Assembly (NCBI GenBank): GCA_033763735.1
Contig: JANRJY010000104.1
Location: 7,738 to 71,737 of the forward strand
Source: Bacteroidota bacterium
GTDB lineage: Bacteria > Bacteroidota > Bacteroidia > Cytophagales > UBA9547
Direction: 5' to 3'
Length of the DNA: 64,000 nucleotides
The notes beneath the pieces were generated by a model. The model worked only from the letters and a program-made list of their open reading frames with translations, had not been told where the DNA came from and made no database searches. Each line of letters opens with the position of its first letter. Positions within the stretch are counted from its first letter, which is position 1. The translations under genes and the position numbers were made by a program. This document shows, piece after piece, positions 38,325 through 46,449 of this stretch.

Positions 38325-38723
38325 TTAATAGCTTATTTTTAATCCGTTAGCGACAAATACTTGAAGTTTGTCGTCAGCAGAAAGTAATGTCATTTTGTTT
38401 TTTATGGCTTGCCATACAATCATTTTGTCAAACGGGTCTTGATGGATTTTTTGTGGGAGTTTATAAAAGTCATATGTAACCTCTGAACTTAATTCCAAAA
38501 TGTGATAATTTAATCTTTTTACTTCCAAAAATATGTCTTCCGGAGTTAGTCCATTTAATTGTAATTTGCCCAATCCAAATTTTAAGGATATTTCAAAAAA
38601 AGAAATAGAACTAACAAAACACCCTCCAGGATGATTAATTAAAACAGATTGGATATTTTTGGTTAATCGCTCAGGATCAAATAATGACCACAAAATTATA
38701 TGCGTATCTAATAAATAATTCAT
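38325..38723 (-). CDS. vapC: Type II toxin, PIN domain (VapC family)
   Basis: [12 protein letters not shown] (Asp6), [13 protein letters not shown] and LLSADD supply the PIN acidic quartet. The start abuts the antitoxin stop with no gap. Confidence 0.8.
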   Translation of the reverse strand: MNYLLDTHIILWSLFDPERLTKNIQSVLINHPGGCFVSSISFFEISLKFGLGKLQLNGLTPEDIFLEVKRLNYHILELSSEVTYDFYKLPQKIHQDPFDKMIVWQAIKNKMTLLSADDKLQVFVANGLKISY

Positions 38724-38978
38724 TTAGTCATATAGCTTTTCATTTAACAAATCCTCATCCGTCATTTCCCAATCCGGCATAATTTTCATACTGGCACCTC
38801 TTTTCTGAAGGGTTCCTAATTCCCTTTGTTTAATTTCTACATTATTTTCATAGGGAACCAACATAGCTATGTTTGCTTTTTTCCTTCCATACGATATAGC
38901 TATTTTTTCTCCTTTTTCTACTTCCTTTAGAATAGCGGAGAAATTGGCTTTGAATTCAGCAACTGCAATTGTTTTCAT
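38724..38978 (-). CDS. Type II antitoxin, Phd/YefM-like
   Basis: MKTIAVAEFKANFSAILKEVEKGEKIAISYGRKKANIAMLVP is a typical Phd/YefM N-terminus. The gene is 84 aa and lies immediately upstream of the PIN gene. Confidence 0.7.
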   Translation of the reverse strand: MKTIAVAEFKANFSAILKEVEKGEKIAISYGRKKANIAMLVPYENNVEIKQRELGTLQKRGASMKIMPDWEMTDEDLLNEKLYD

Positions 38979-38994
38979 ATTTTACTTTTAATAT

Positions 38995-39029
38995 CAAAGA
39001 TAACACAAACTTGACAACTTGTCAAGTTT
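38995..39029 (-). promoter_or_regulatory. Candidate TA-module promoter/operator: perfect 23-bp palindrome plus a Bacteroidetes -7 box
   Basis: AAACTTGACA-ACT-TGTCAAGTTT occupies 39007-39029 and overlaps the pruA stop codon (39022-39024). The minus strand reads TATCTTTG (39002-38995, fits TAnnTTTG), ending 17 nt upstream of the antitoxin ATG. Confidence 0.4.
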
Positions 39030-40653
39030 CTGCATTTAGAAACGGATACCTGTAATCGATAGGCGACACGAAAACTTCTTTGATTGTACGAGGTGACACC
39101 CAACGCAACATATTGAGTAGTGAACCTGATTTATCATTAGTTCCTGACTGACGCGCACCTCCAAAAGGTTGCTGACCTACAATTGCTCCTGTAGGTTTGT
39201 CATTTATATAAATATTTCCTGCCGCATTTCTCAGAGCATCCAATGCTTGAATTTGAGCACTTTTGTCGGTTGCAATAATGGCTCCGGTTAGGGCATATTT
39301 ACTTGTATTATTTACTAATTTCAATATTTCTTCGTAAGCATTGTTATAAACGAAAATCGTAAGCACTGGGCCAAAAATCTCATTTTCCATGGTTTCAGAA
39401 TGTGGATCAGAAGTTAATATAACTGTTGGTTGGATGAAATATCCCTCCGAACTATCATATTTGCCACCAAAAATCACTTGATTAAGTGGATTGTTTTTAG
39501 CTCGCTCTATAAAACCTGTAATTTTATCAAATGCTTTGGCATCAATAACCGCATTAATAAAACATGATAAATCATCCGTAGGTCCTACTTTTATGGAATC
39601 AAGCTCTATTTTCATTTTTACCCATATTTGATTCCACAATGTAGCAGGAATGTAGGCACGTGACGCAGCAGAACATTTTTGTCCTTGGTACTCAAAAGCA
39701 CCTCTGATTAAGGCAGTTACAACTGTGTCAACATTGGCAGAATCGTGTACAAGTACGAAATCCTTGCCTCCGGTTTCGCCAACAATTCGGGGATAAGTTT
39801 CGTAGGTATCAATGTTTTTAGCAATTTCTTTCCATAATAACTTAAAAACCTGTGTGCTACCTGTGAAGTGCAATCCTGCAAAATCAGGATGTTTAAATAT
39901 CACTTCACCTATTTCAGGTCCATCACCATAAATCAAGTTAATTACGCCTTTTGGCAAACCGGCTTCATACAATATTTCCATTATTAAAGCAGCAGTATAT
40001 ACCTGCTGGTCGGCTGGTTTCCAAACCACAACATTGCCCATAATGGCAGGTGCTGCCGGCAAATTTCCGGCAATGGCGGTAAAGTTGAAAGGTGTGAGGG
40101 CATATATAAATCCTTCAAGTGGTCGGTAGTCGGTACGATTCCATACACCTGTTGCTGACACAGGTTGCATTTTATAAATTTCATTGGCAAAGTAAACGTT
40201 AAATCGAAGGAAATCGGCCAACTCGCACACAGCATCAATTTCAGCCTGATGCACACTTTTTGATTGTGCCAGCATGGTAGCTGCATTAATTTTATATCGG
40301 TATTTGCCTGATACCAAGTCGGCAGCTTTCATAAAAATGGCTGCTTTGTGCTCCCAAGGCATGTTTTCCCAATCCGATTTAGCATGCAATGCTGCTTTTA
40401 TAGCTTTTGCTGCTTCCGTTTTTCCGCCATAGTAATAGTGACCTAAGGTATGATTGATTTCATGCGGTGGATGTATAGATGTTTTGGTTCCTGTACGAAC
40501 TTCTTCAGCACCAATATACATTGGGATATCTTTAGAAGTACTTTTTAGTTCTTTGATAGTTTTTAGTATTTCCACACGTTCTGAACTATTGGGTGCATAA
40601 CCCAAAATAGGTTCGTTTTGAGGAATAGGGATATGAAGAATGTTGTTTTCCAT
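39022..40653 (-). CDS. pruA: L-glutamate gamma-semialdehyde (1-pyrroline-5-carboxylate) dehydrogenase
   Basis: 543-aa aldehyde dehydrogenase with VGETGGKDF (catalytic Glu) and YQGQKCSAASR (catalytic Cys). The N-terminus IPIPQNEPILGYAPNSSERVEILKTIKELK is typical of the long PruA type. Confidence 0.9.
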   Translation of the reverse strand: MENNILHIPIPQNEPILGYAPNSSERVEILKTIKELKSTSKDIPMYIGAEEVRTGTKTSIHPPHEINHTLGHYYYGGKTEAAKAIKAALHAKSDWENMPWEHKAAIFMKAADLVSGKYRYKINAATMLAQSKSVHQAEIDAVCELADFLRFNVYFANEIYKMQPVSATGVWNRTDYRPLEGFIYALTPFNFTAIAGNLPAAPAIMGNVVVWKPADQQVYTAALIMEILYEAGLPKGVINLIYGDGPEIGEVIFKHPDFAGLHFTGSTQVFKLLWKEIAKNIDTYETYPRIVGETGGKDFVLVHDSANVDTVVTALIRGAFEYQGQKCSAASRAYIPATLWNQIWVKMKIELDSIKVGPTDDLSCFINAVIDAKAFDKITGFIERAKNNPLNQVIFGGKYDSSEGYFIQPTVILTSDPHSETMENEIFGPVLTIFVYNNAYEEILKLVNNTSKYALTGAIIATDKSAQIQALDALRNAAGNIYINDKPTGAIVGQQPFGGARQSGTNDKSGSLLNMLRWVSPRTIKEVFVSPIDYRYPFLNAET

Positions 40654-40695
40654 AGTGTTAAATATTGGCTAATTTACCTTATTTTCAGTAGTAAA

Positions 40696-41952
40696 TCAAC
40701 TCTCTCTTAGTATCGGAAAGGTAAGACAATGAGTTCCACCCCGAGCTCTGGATAGTTCATTTGATGGAATCAAAATCAATGTCTTTTCAATTGTTTCTGC
40801 TTTTAGTTCTCCGGATTTTAATTTTTTAATTAAGTATTCAGCCTTCATCACTTTATAACCCGCTTTTGCAATGGCTTTGGTTGTCATTTTGTTTCTGTCA
40901 TAAGTAACAGCTACTCCGGGTTTGATGGCAAACAAATTGCAACCATCTGTCCATTGTTCGCGTTCCTGATGTGGGGTAATGCCCCCTCCGCAAGCAATAA
41001 ATTTCATATTCGGATTTATTTCAGTTAATAAATCAGCCAATGAATTGTAAATAAATGGTTCTTCTATTCCTTGTTCAAATCTCTTAATTGAAATTTTACC
41101 TTTTCGCATAATTAATGGCTCAAATACAACACATACATTGGTGTCTATTCTAGTAAATATTGTGTCCAAATGCATACAATAGCGCTCTTTGGGGATTTCC
41201 ACCATAACGACATGCTTCACAATTTTCCACTTGAATATTATTTCTTTAATTTTTTCAAAAGCATACTTGCTCGTACGCTCGCTGCATCCTATCAACAAAT
41301 GATCATTCCCAAACATCATCACATCACCCCCTTCCACAGAAAATTCATTTTCAGGTTTAATAATATTTTCAATTAAATTATCCATATCATTCGATAATTT
41401 TATAAACCAATTATTCCGATGGATAATTTCAAAAGTTTTAGAATAATGATACACATACCAGCTCAACAAGGATTCACGACTTCTTGCTCTCTTATTAGCT
41501 TGAGTAATAAGCAAATGATTGTTAACCACCACACCGATATCTCTACAAAAAATATAATTAGATGCCGGAGGAAATAATATTTTTTTTGTTTTTTTGACAA
41601 CCCCGGTAATTAAACTATATGCTAATTCCTTTGGCGACATTTTTCCAAGAATTTGTTCCAATCCGTCAACTTCTTCAAATTGAGCGGTGGATTGAATTAG
41701 CTCTTTTCTAACGACTTCATTTCTACAAACTTCAAATAAAAGATCTTGAATATCCAACACATTATTTTCACCAATGAAACACTCTAATAGCTTACGAAGC
41801 ACGTTATGTTCTTTGCGCATTTTGTCGAGATACACAATATCTTCATACAAATACTCAACAGCCTTGTCAGGGGTAACCTGTTCAATACCATCATCAGGAG
41901 TATGAATGATTACTTTTTGCAGTTTGCCTATTTCAGAAGTAACGCGGATCAC
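40696..41952 (-). CDS. arcA: Arginine deiminase
   Basis: The N-terminus VTSEIGKLQKVIIHTPDDG and the C-terminal catalytic motif RARGGTHCLTFPILRE fit the ADI family, as does the length of 418 aa. GTG start. Confidence 0.8.
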   Translation of the reverse strand: MIRVTSEIGKLQKVIIHTPDDGIEQVTPDKAVEYLYEDIVYLDKMRKEHNVLRKLLECFIGENNVLDIQDLLFEVCRNEVVRKELIQSTAQFEEVDGLEQILGKMSPKELAYSLITGVVKKTKKILFPPASNYIFCRDIGVVVNNHLLITQANKRARSRESLLSWYVYHYSKTFEIIHRNNWFIKLSNDMDNLIENIIKPENEFSVEGGDVMMFGNDHLLIGCSERTSKYAFEKIKEIIFKWKIVKHVVMVEIPKERYCMHLDTIFTRIDTNVCVVFEPLIMRKGKISIKRFEQGIEEPFIYNSLADLLTEINPNMKFIACGGGITPHQEREQWTDGCNLFAIKPGVAVTYDRNKMTTKAIAKAGYKVMKAEYLIKKLKSGELKAETIEKTLILIPSNELSRARGGTHCLTFPILRES

Positions 41953-41958
41953 GAAGGA

Positions 41959-42028
41959 ATGTTAAGTGTTAAATGGTAAATGTTAAGTGTTAAATGGTAA
42001 ATGTTAAATGATAAATGGTAAATGGTAA
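41959..42028. repeat. 21-bp tandem repeat, about 3.3 copies, in the ctlX-like/arcA intergenic gap
   Basis: ATGTTAAGTGTTAAATGGTAA occurs at 41959-41979 and identically at 41980-42000. ATGTTAAATGATAAATGGTAA follows at 42001-42021, then a partial ATGGTAA. Confidence 0.9.
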
Positions 42029-42059
42029 TAATTTTAAATTACTAATTATTAACTATTAA

Positions 42060-42983
42060 TTAAAACAACATCATTTTCATGCAAAACACACTACCACCGG
42101 ATTTCATATACTCGGAGGTGTCGACTTCGATAACCTCAAATTCTTCGGTGGTGAGTACGCTTTTTGTAAAGCTGGCACCTTTGTGAATTACGCAAAACTT
42201 TTTGTTGGTTTCCAAATTAAACATGGTATGGGCATTTAATGCAAAATTTTCGATAGCTTCTTCTACAGGAATATAGTACACTCTTTTATACATTTTATGA
42301 AGTGCATCTAAACCTTCGTTTGAAAATGCTTCTTTGCAAATCATTACCGCGTCTACCCCAAGTGAGACAAAACAAGTGTCCAAATGATAAAAGCGTTCAT
42401 CTATCAATTCCAATGCAATGATTGGACATTCCAATAATTCGGATAATTCATTATATGCTTCTTTTACAGTGCGGTGTCCATATCCTCCATACAACAATCT
42501 CTTGCCTGTATGGTATATCAAATCACCCATGCCTTCAAACAATGGCGTTTTTTGTAAATCAATGGTTTTATATCCCAATTTCTGATAAAAATCTTTGAAA
42601 AACGGCACTTCTCTTTGACGCGATTGATGACGCATTTTGCTTAAAATCACTATTTTTTCACCATTTGCCGAAATCCAAGGAAATGATTGATTAGCACAAA
42701 AAACCATATCTTCACAGTCCTTTGCACCTTTAATTTCTAATACTTCATTAATAATATTTTTTTCAACACCTTTAAGAAAGGCATCTTTTAGTTCATTCCA
42801 TTGCTGAATAGCTAATGTTTTGTTCAAAGTGCCCGCATTTCCTTCCATATGCACATTTTTTACATCTACGATGTCAAAATATTCGGGGGTGCACATCAGC
42901 AAATATTTTGGCTGTTGCAATGAAACAACTTCATCTATTGTAAAATCGATATTAAAAGAAGTGTATATTTTGTTATAAATCAT
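42060..42983 (-). CDS. ctlX: Guanidino-group-modifying (amidinotransferase-fold) enzyme, arginine-deiminase-related / CtlX-like candidate citrulline hydrolase
   Basis: 307 aa. The C-terminus EYMKSGGSVFCMKMMLF places the catalytic Cys as in the GME superfamily. An internal FYHLDTCF motif is present. The specific CtlX assignment is inferred from size and context. Confidence 0.55.
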   Translation of the reverse strand: MIYNKIYTSFNIDFTIDEVVSLQQPKYLLMCTPEYFDIVDVKNVHMEGNAGTLNKTLAIQQWNELKDAFLKGVEKNIINEVLEIKGAKDCEDMVFCANQSFPWISANGEKIVILSKMRHQSRQREVPFFKDFYQKLGYKTIDLQKTPLFEGMGDLIYHTGKRLLYGGYGHRTVKEAYNELSELLECPIIALELIDERFYHLDTCFVSLGVDAVMICKEAFSNEGLDALHKMYKRVYYIPVEEAIENFALNAHTMFNLETNKKFCVIHKGASFTKSVLTTEEFEVIEVDTSEYMKSGGSVFCMKMMLF

Positions 42984-43006
42984 AAAATATTAAACTTATT
43001 AGGTCA

Positions 43007-43927
43007 TTAATAAATAGAAACATTCAATTCACCTGTCGCATTAGAATAACTTCCTCTATACATTCCTTGGGTATTAAATGGCATTTCAATATTTCCAAGA
43101 AAGTCAATCGCTATCAGGCCTCCTTCACCACCAATTTCAACCAATTTTTGTTTGACTACAATTTCACATGCTTCATTGAGTGTACATTTTTTGTACTCCA
43201 TTAGTGCCGACACATCATAGGCAACTACACTCCGTATGAATGACTCTCCATAGCCGGTACAAGAAACAGCACATGTTTTGTTATTGGCATAGGTGCCTGC
43301 ACCAATTACTGATGTATCCCCTACCCTACCATATCGCTTGTTTGTAAGTCCTCCGGTGGAAGTAGCTGCTGCAAGATTACCTCTAATATCACGTGCCACT
43401 GCACCAACCGTACCAAACTTTTTAGGTTCGAAATGATCGACAACTGCTTCCGTACCTTCTTTAATAGCTTGCCATTGTTGGAATCGGTAGTCTGTATAAA
43501 AATATTGATTGTCTTCAAAATCAAGCCCACAAACTCTGGCAAATTCTTCTGCACCTCTTCCAACGAGAAGTACAAATCCTGAATTATCCATAACTCTGCG
43601 CGATAATACAATCGGATTTTTTACATTTCGAATGGCAGCCACAGCCCCTGCCTTTAAATTTTTACCGTACATTATGGAAGCATCCATTTCATGCAAACCA
43701 TCATTAGTAAACACTGACCCTTTACCTGCATTGAAATGAGGTGTATTTTCTAAAAAAACAACCGTTTCTTGTACCGCATCCAAAGCATCACCCCCTGATT
43801 TCAAAATATTAATACCAATATTTAATGCATTTTGTAATACATTGAGGTATTCTTTTTCTTTGGCAGGTGACATTTGTTGCTTTAAAATGGTGCCTGCCCC
43901 TCCATGAATTGCTATTGAAAAACTCAT
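43007..43927 (-). CDS. iaaA: Isoaspartyl peptidase / L-asparaginase (Ntn hydrolase, IaaA type), cytoplasmic
   Basis: MSFSIAIHGGAGT, HFNAGKGS, and FGTVGAVARD with the autoprocessing Thr nucleophile, plus STGG. No signal peptide. Confidence 0.85.
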   Translation of the reverse strand: MSFSIAIHGGAGTILKQQMSPAKEKEYLNVLQNALNIGINILKSGGDALDAVQETVVFLENTPHFNAGKGSVFTNDGLHEMDASIMYGKNLKAGAVAAIRNVKNPIVLSRRVMDNSGFVLLVGRGAEEFARVCGLDFEDNQYFYTDYRFQQWQAIKEGTEAVVDHFEPKKFGTVGAVARDIRGNLAAATSTGGLTNKRYGRVGDTSVIGAGTYANNKTCAVSCTGYGESFIRSVVAYDVSALMEYKKCTLNEACEIVVKQKLVEIGGEGGLIAIDFLGNIEMPFNTQGMYRGSYSNATGELNVSIY

Positions 43928-44054
43928 AATGTCATTTTGTTAATGATATTCCACAATAATTAAAAAAAGAATACATAATATTTAAGGTTTTCATTTTCAA
44001 ATATCTTTGTTCTTTTTTACTTTTTGTTTGGCCAAAAAGTAAACAAAAAAGCCC

Positions 44055-44138
44055 CCACGAAATCCAAATCCAAGTTTTTTTTTGCCGCACAATCCCGCCT
44101 TACCATGCCAAAAAACTTGTATTTCGCACTTTTCGTGG
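44055..44138 (-). other. Long imperfect hairpin (relatively GC-rich) with a 3-prime U-run: candidate complex terminator, attenuator or small structured RNA
   Basis: The outer stem is CCACGAAA (44055-44062) with TTTCGTGG (44131-44138). The inner stem is CAAGTTTTTT (44071-) with AAAAAACTTG (44110-44119). On the minus strand the structure is followed by GGGCTTTTTTGTTT. Confidence 0.35.
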
Positions 44139-44191
44139 ATGACCCACCGCACACAGATTCTTACACTTTATTTTCATTTATTTAATTAAAA

Positions 44192-45592
44192 TTATCTGGG
44201 TCCGTAATACATGAATGTTGCCGGTGGAATCAACAATAACATTGCCGTAATAAACAATACTATCATCAAAGGAAACGCCCATTTCACCCACACATCATAG
44301 GGAATTTTTGCAATTACGAGTGTGCCCATAGTAACACCACTTGTAGGAATAATCATATTGTTAATGCCATCGCCCATTTGAAAAATCAGTACAATAGTTT
44401 GTCGGGAAATACCAATTATATCACTCAAAGGCGTTAAAATGGGCATGGTTAATGCTGCTTGTCCGGAGCCGGAGGGCACAATAATGTTAATTAATGATTG
44501 CACTAAAAACATAATTTCAGCAGAAGCCAATGGATGAAAGCCTTGTAAGGCATGAGAAAGGGCATACAATATGGTGTCCATTATTTTGCCATCCGTTCCA
44601 ATAATAATTATGGCTTTAGAAAATGCAATTACAAAGCAGGCAGGTAGCATCTCCTTAGCACCATTTGCAAATTGAGCAACCAATTCATTGGGATGAATTT
44701 TATAAATGATAGACGTTACTATAGCCAAACCTAAAAATAATGCCCCAATTTCAGCTATATACCATTGCCAAATAGACGAACCAACTATAAGCATTACTAC
44801 AGTTATAAAAAAGAAACCCAACACAAGTTTTCGCTTAATATTGAATGTTACATCTGAATCTTGTAAAGCATTTTGTGAAGATTTTCTTTTCAAATTATCC
44901 AACTCGAATACTACACTATTGGATAGTGACTTTTCGAGTCGATTAGCATACCACAGGATATATAAAATCGCAGAAATGGACAAGCAAAACAGACAAAACA
45001 ATCGGTACTCCCAGCCACTGAATAAAGGCAACTCAGCTATACTTTGAGCAATACCAACTGTAAAAGGATTGGTAATGGCTCCTCCAAAACCTACGGCAGT
45101 ACCTACCAGAGGAACTGCAATTCCCAACAAGGAATCATAACCTAATGATATAAAAAGTGGAATAGTAATCAGCACAAATACCAATACCTCCTCGCTCAAA
45201 CCAAAAGTGGCTCCTGTGATGGCAAATAGCATAAAAAGAATCGGTGTAACCCATTGCTTATATTTGGGGTATCGACTAAAGAATAGCATCATACTTGTAA
45301 GTCCAGCTTCAATGGCTCCTGTGGCATTGATGATACCGAATACACCTCCCACAAAAAATACAAAAGCAATAATCAGCGAAGCTTCTGCAAAACCTTTAAT
45401 AGGTGCTTTAAACAAATCACTAATTCCTTGTGGCTGTTGTTCAACCACATGATAAGAATCCTTTACCACCAAATCTCTACCATCTACATTCACTCTATCG
45501 AATGTGCCAGCCGGAACTATCCAAGTAAGCAAAGAAAAAACTAGCAATATTACAGATATGATAACGAGCGTATCAGGTATTTTTTTTAGCAT
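44192..45592 (-). CDS. YfcC-family (DcuC/ArcD-like) inner-membrane permease
   Basis: 466 aa and polytopic. The N-terminus KIPDTLVIISVILLVFSLLTWIVPAGTFDR...GFAEASLIIAFVFFVGGVFGIINATGAIEAG is characteristic of YfcC. Confidence 0.8.
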   Translation of the reverse strand: MLKKIPDTLVIISVILLVFSLLTWIVPAGTFDRVNVDGRDLVVKDSYHVVEQQPQGISDLFKAPIKGFAEASLIIAFVFFVGGVFGIINATGAIEAGLTSMMLFFSRYPKYKQWVTPILFMLFAITGATFGLSEEVLVFVLITIPLFISLGYDSLLGIAVPLVGTAVGFGGAITNPFTVGIAQSIAELPLFSGWEYRLFCLFCLSISAILYILWYANRLEKSLSNSVVFELDNLKRKSSQNALQDSDVTFNIKRKLVLGFFFITVVMLIVGSSIWQWYIAEIGALFLGLAIVTSIIYKIHPNELVAQFANGAKEMLPACFVIAFSKAIIIIGTDGKIMDTILYALSHALQGFHPLASAEIMFLVQSLINIIVPSGSGQAALTMPILTPLSDIIGISRQTIVLIFQMGDGINNMIIPTSGVTMGTLVIAKIPYDVWVKWAFPLMIVLFITAMLLLIPPATFMYYGPR

Positions 45593-45598
45593 GTCTAT

Positions 45599-46447
45599 CT
45601 ATTTTATTTTAAATTTATCACCGGCAACATACAAATGCATTTGCAAGTTTTTGGCACCTAATTTTCCGTTAACCGTTTTATAATCTTTGTCGTTACTCAA
45701 AACATAAAGCACTTGTGAGTCGCCAACCACCTCCGCTTCACCGTTTTTAACTAAAATGGCGGTTGCTTCATCGATTCCGACACAAGCCACTTCTGGATTT
45801 TCAATGGCAACAGCTATTAATCTGTTTTGTCGTTTCCGTTTTATAAAATGCTGGTCTACAATGGATTCCTTCAAAAATCCGAGTCCCGATTTGATTTCAA
45901 TATTATTAGCCTCAATGGTTTGAAAGCCTTGTTTTTCGCTATCCTCGGTAGTTTCAAAGTGTTTAAGTTCAACTCCGGTTAGCATTTTTTCGCTCATTAC
46001 CGCGGCTCCTGCACTGGTACCGGCTATTACATTTCCTTTGGCATAACATTTTCTGATTACTCTTTCCACATCCGTACCACTGATAATATCCATCAACTTT
46101 TGTTGATCACCACCGGCAATGTATATCATTGAGGCATTGGCTATGGAATCCATAATATTGGGAGTTAATATTTCTCCTTTTTGCATCATAAATCCCGTCA
46201 CATTTGTAATTCCTCTGTCTACAAATTGTTTTTTAGCGTAAAAAATAGAAGAATCCTGTTCGGAGGAAGCCATGGGAATAATAACTATATATCCTTTTTT
46301 GTCTACCCCAGCTTCGGTTATTAATCGTTGCAATAAATGAGGCGGTCGTTTGCCACCACCAATTATAAAAAGTTTGCCTTGGGCAAAAAGAAATGTATTT
46401 GCAAAAAATACCAATAAAACCCAAACAAATCGAGGAGAGTAATTCAT
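45599..46447 (-). CDS. cphE: Cyanophycinase homolog (peptidase S51) with signal peptide (CphE-like, exported)
   Basis: Signal peptide MNYSPRFVWVLLVFFANTFLFAQ. It is colinear with CphB landmarks as I recall them: LFIIGGG, IYIAGGDQQKL, IAGTSAGAAVMSEKMLTG (nucleophile Ser), VDQHFIKRKRQNRLIAV (His), CVGIDEATA. Confidence 0.8.
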   Translation of the reverse strand: MNYSPRFVWVLLVFFANTFLFAQGKLFIIGGGKRPPHLLQRLITEAGVDKKGYIVIIPMASSEQDSSIFYAKKQFVDRGITNVTGFMMQKGEILTPNIMDSIANASMIYIAGGDQQKLMDIISGTDVERVIRKCYAKGNVIAGTSAGAAVMSEKMLTGVELKHFETTEDSEKQGFQTIEANNIEIKSGLGFLKESIVDQHFIKRKRQNRLIAVAIENPEVACVGIDEATAILVKNGEAEVVGDSQVLYVLSNDKDYKTVNGKLGAKNLQMHLYVAGDKFKIK

Positions 46448-46449
46448 GA

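Noticed and set aside
39984-40286. 100-aa same-strand, out-of-frame ORF inside pruA
   Set aside because: It is embedded in a strongly supported aldehyde dehydrogenase frame, and I see no evidence for a nested gene.
40696-45592. Classical ATP-yielding arginine deiminase operon (arcABC plus the ArcD antiporter)
   Set aside because: ADI and a YfcC/ArcD-like permease are present, but ornithine carbamoyltransferase and carbamate kinase are absent from the window. A CtlX-like enzyme, rocD and pruA are present instead. The permease could still be an Arg/ornithine exchanger rather than a dipeptide importer, and that alternative remains open.
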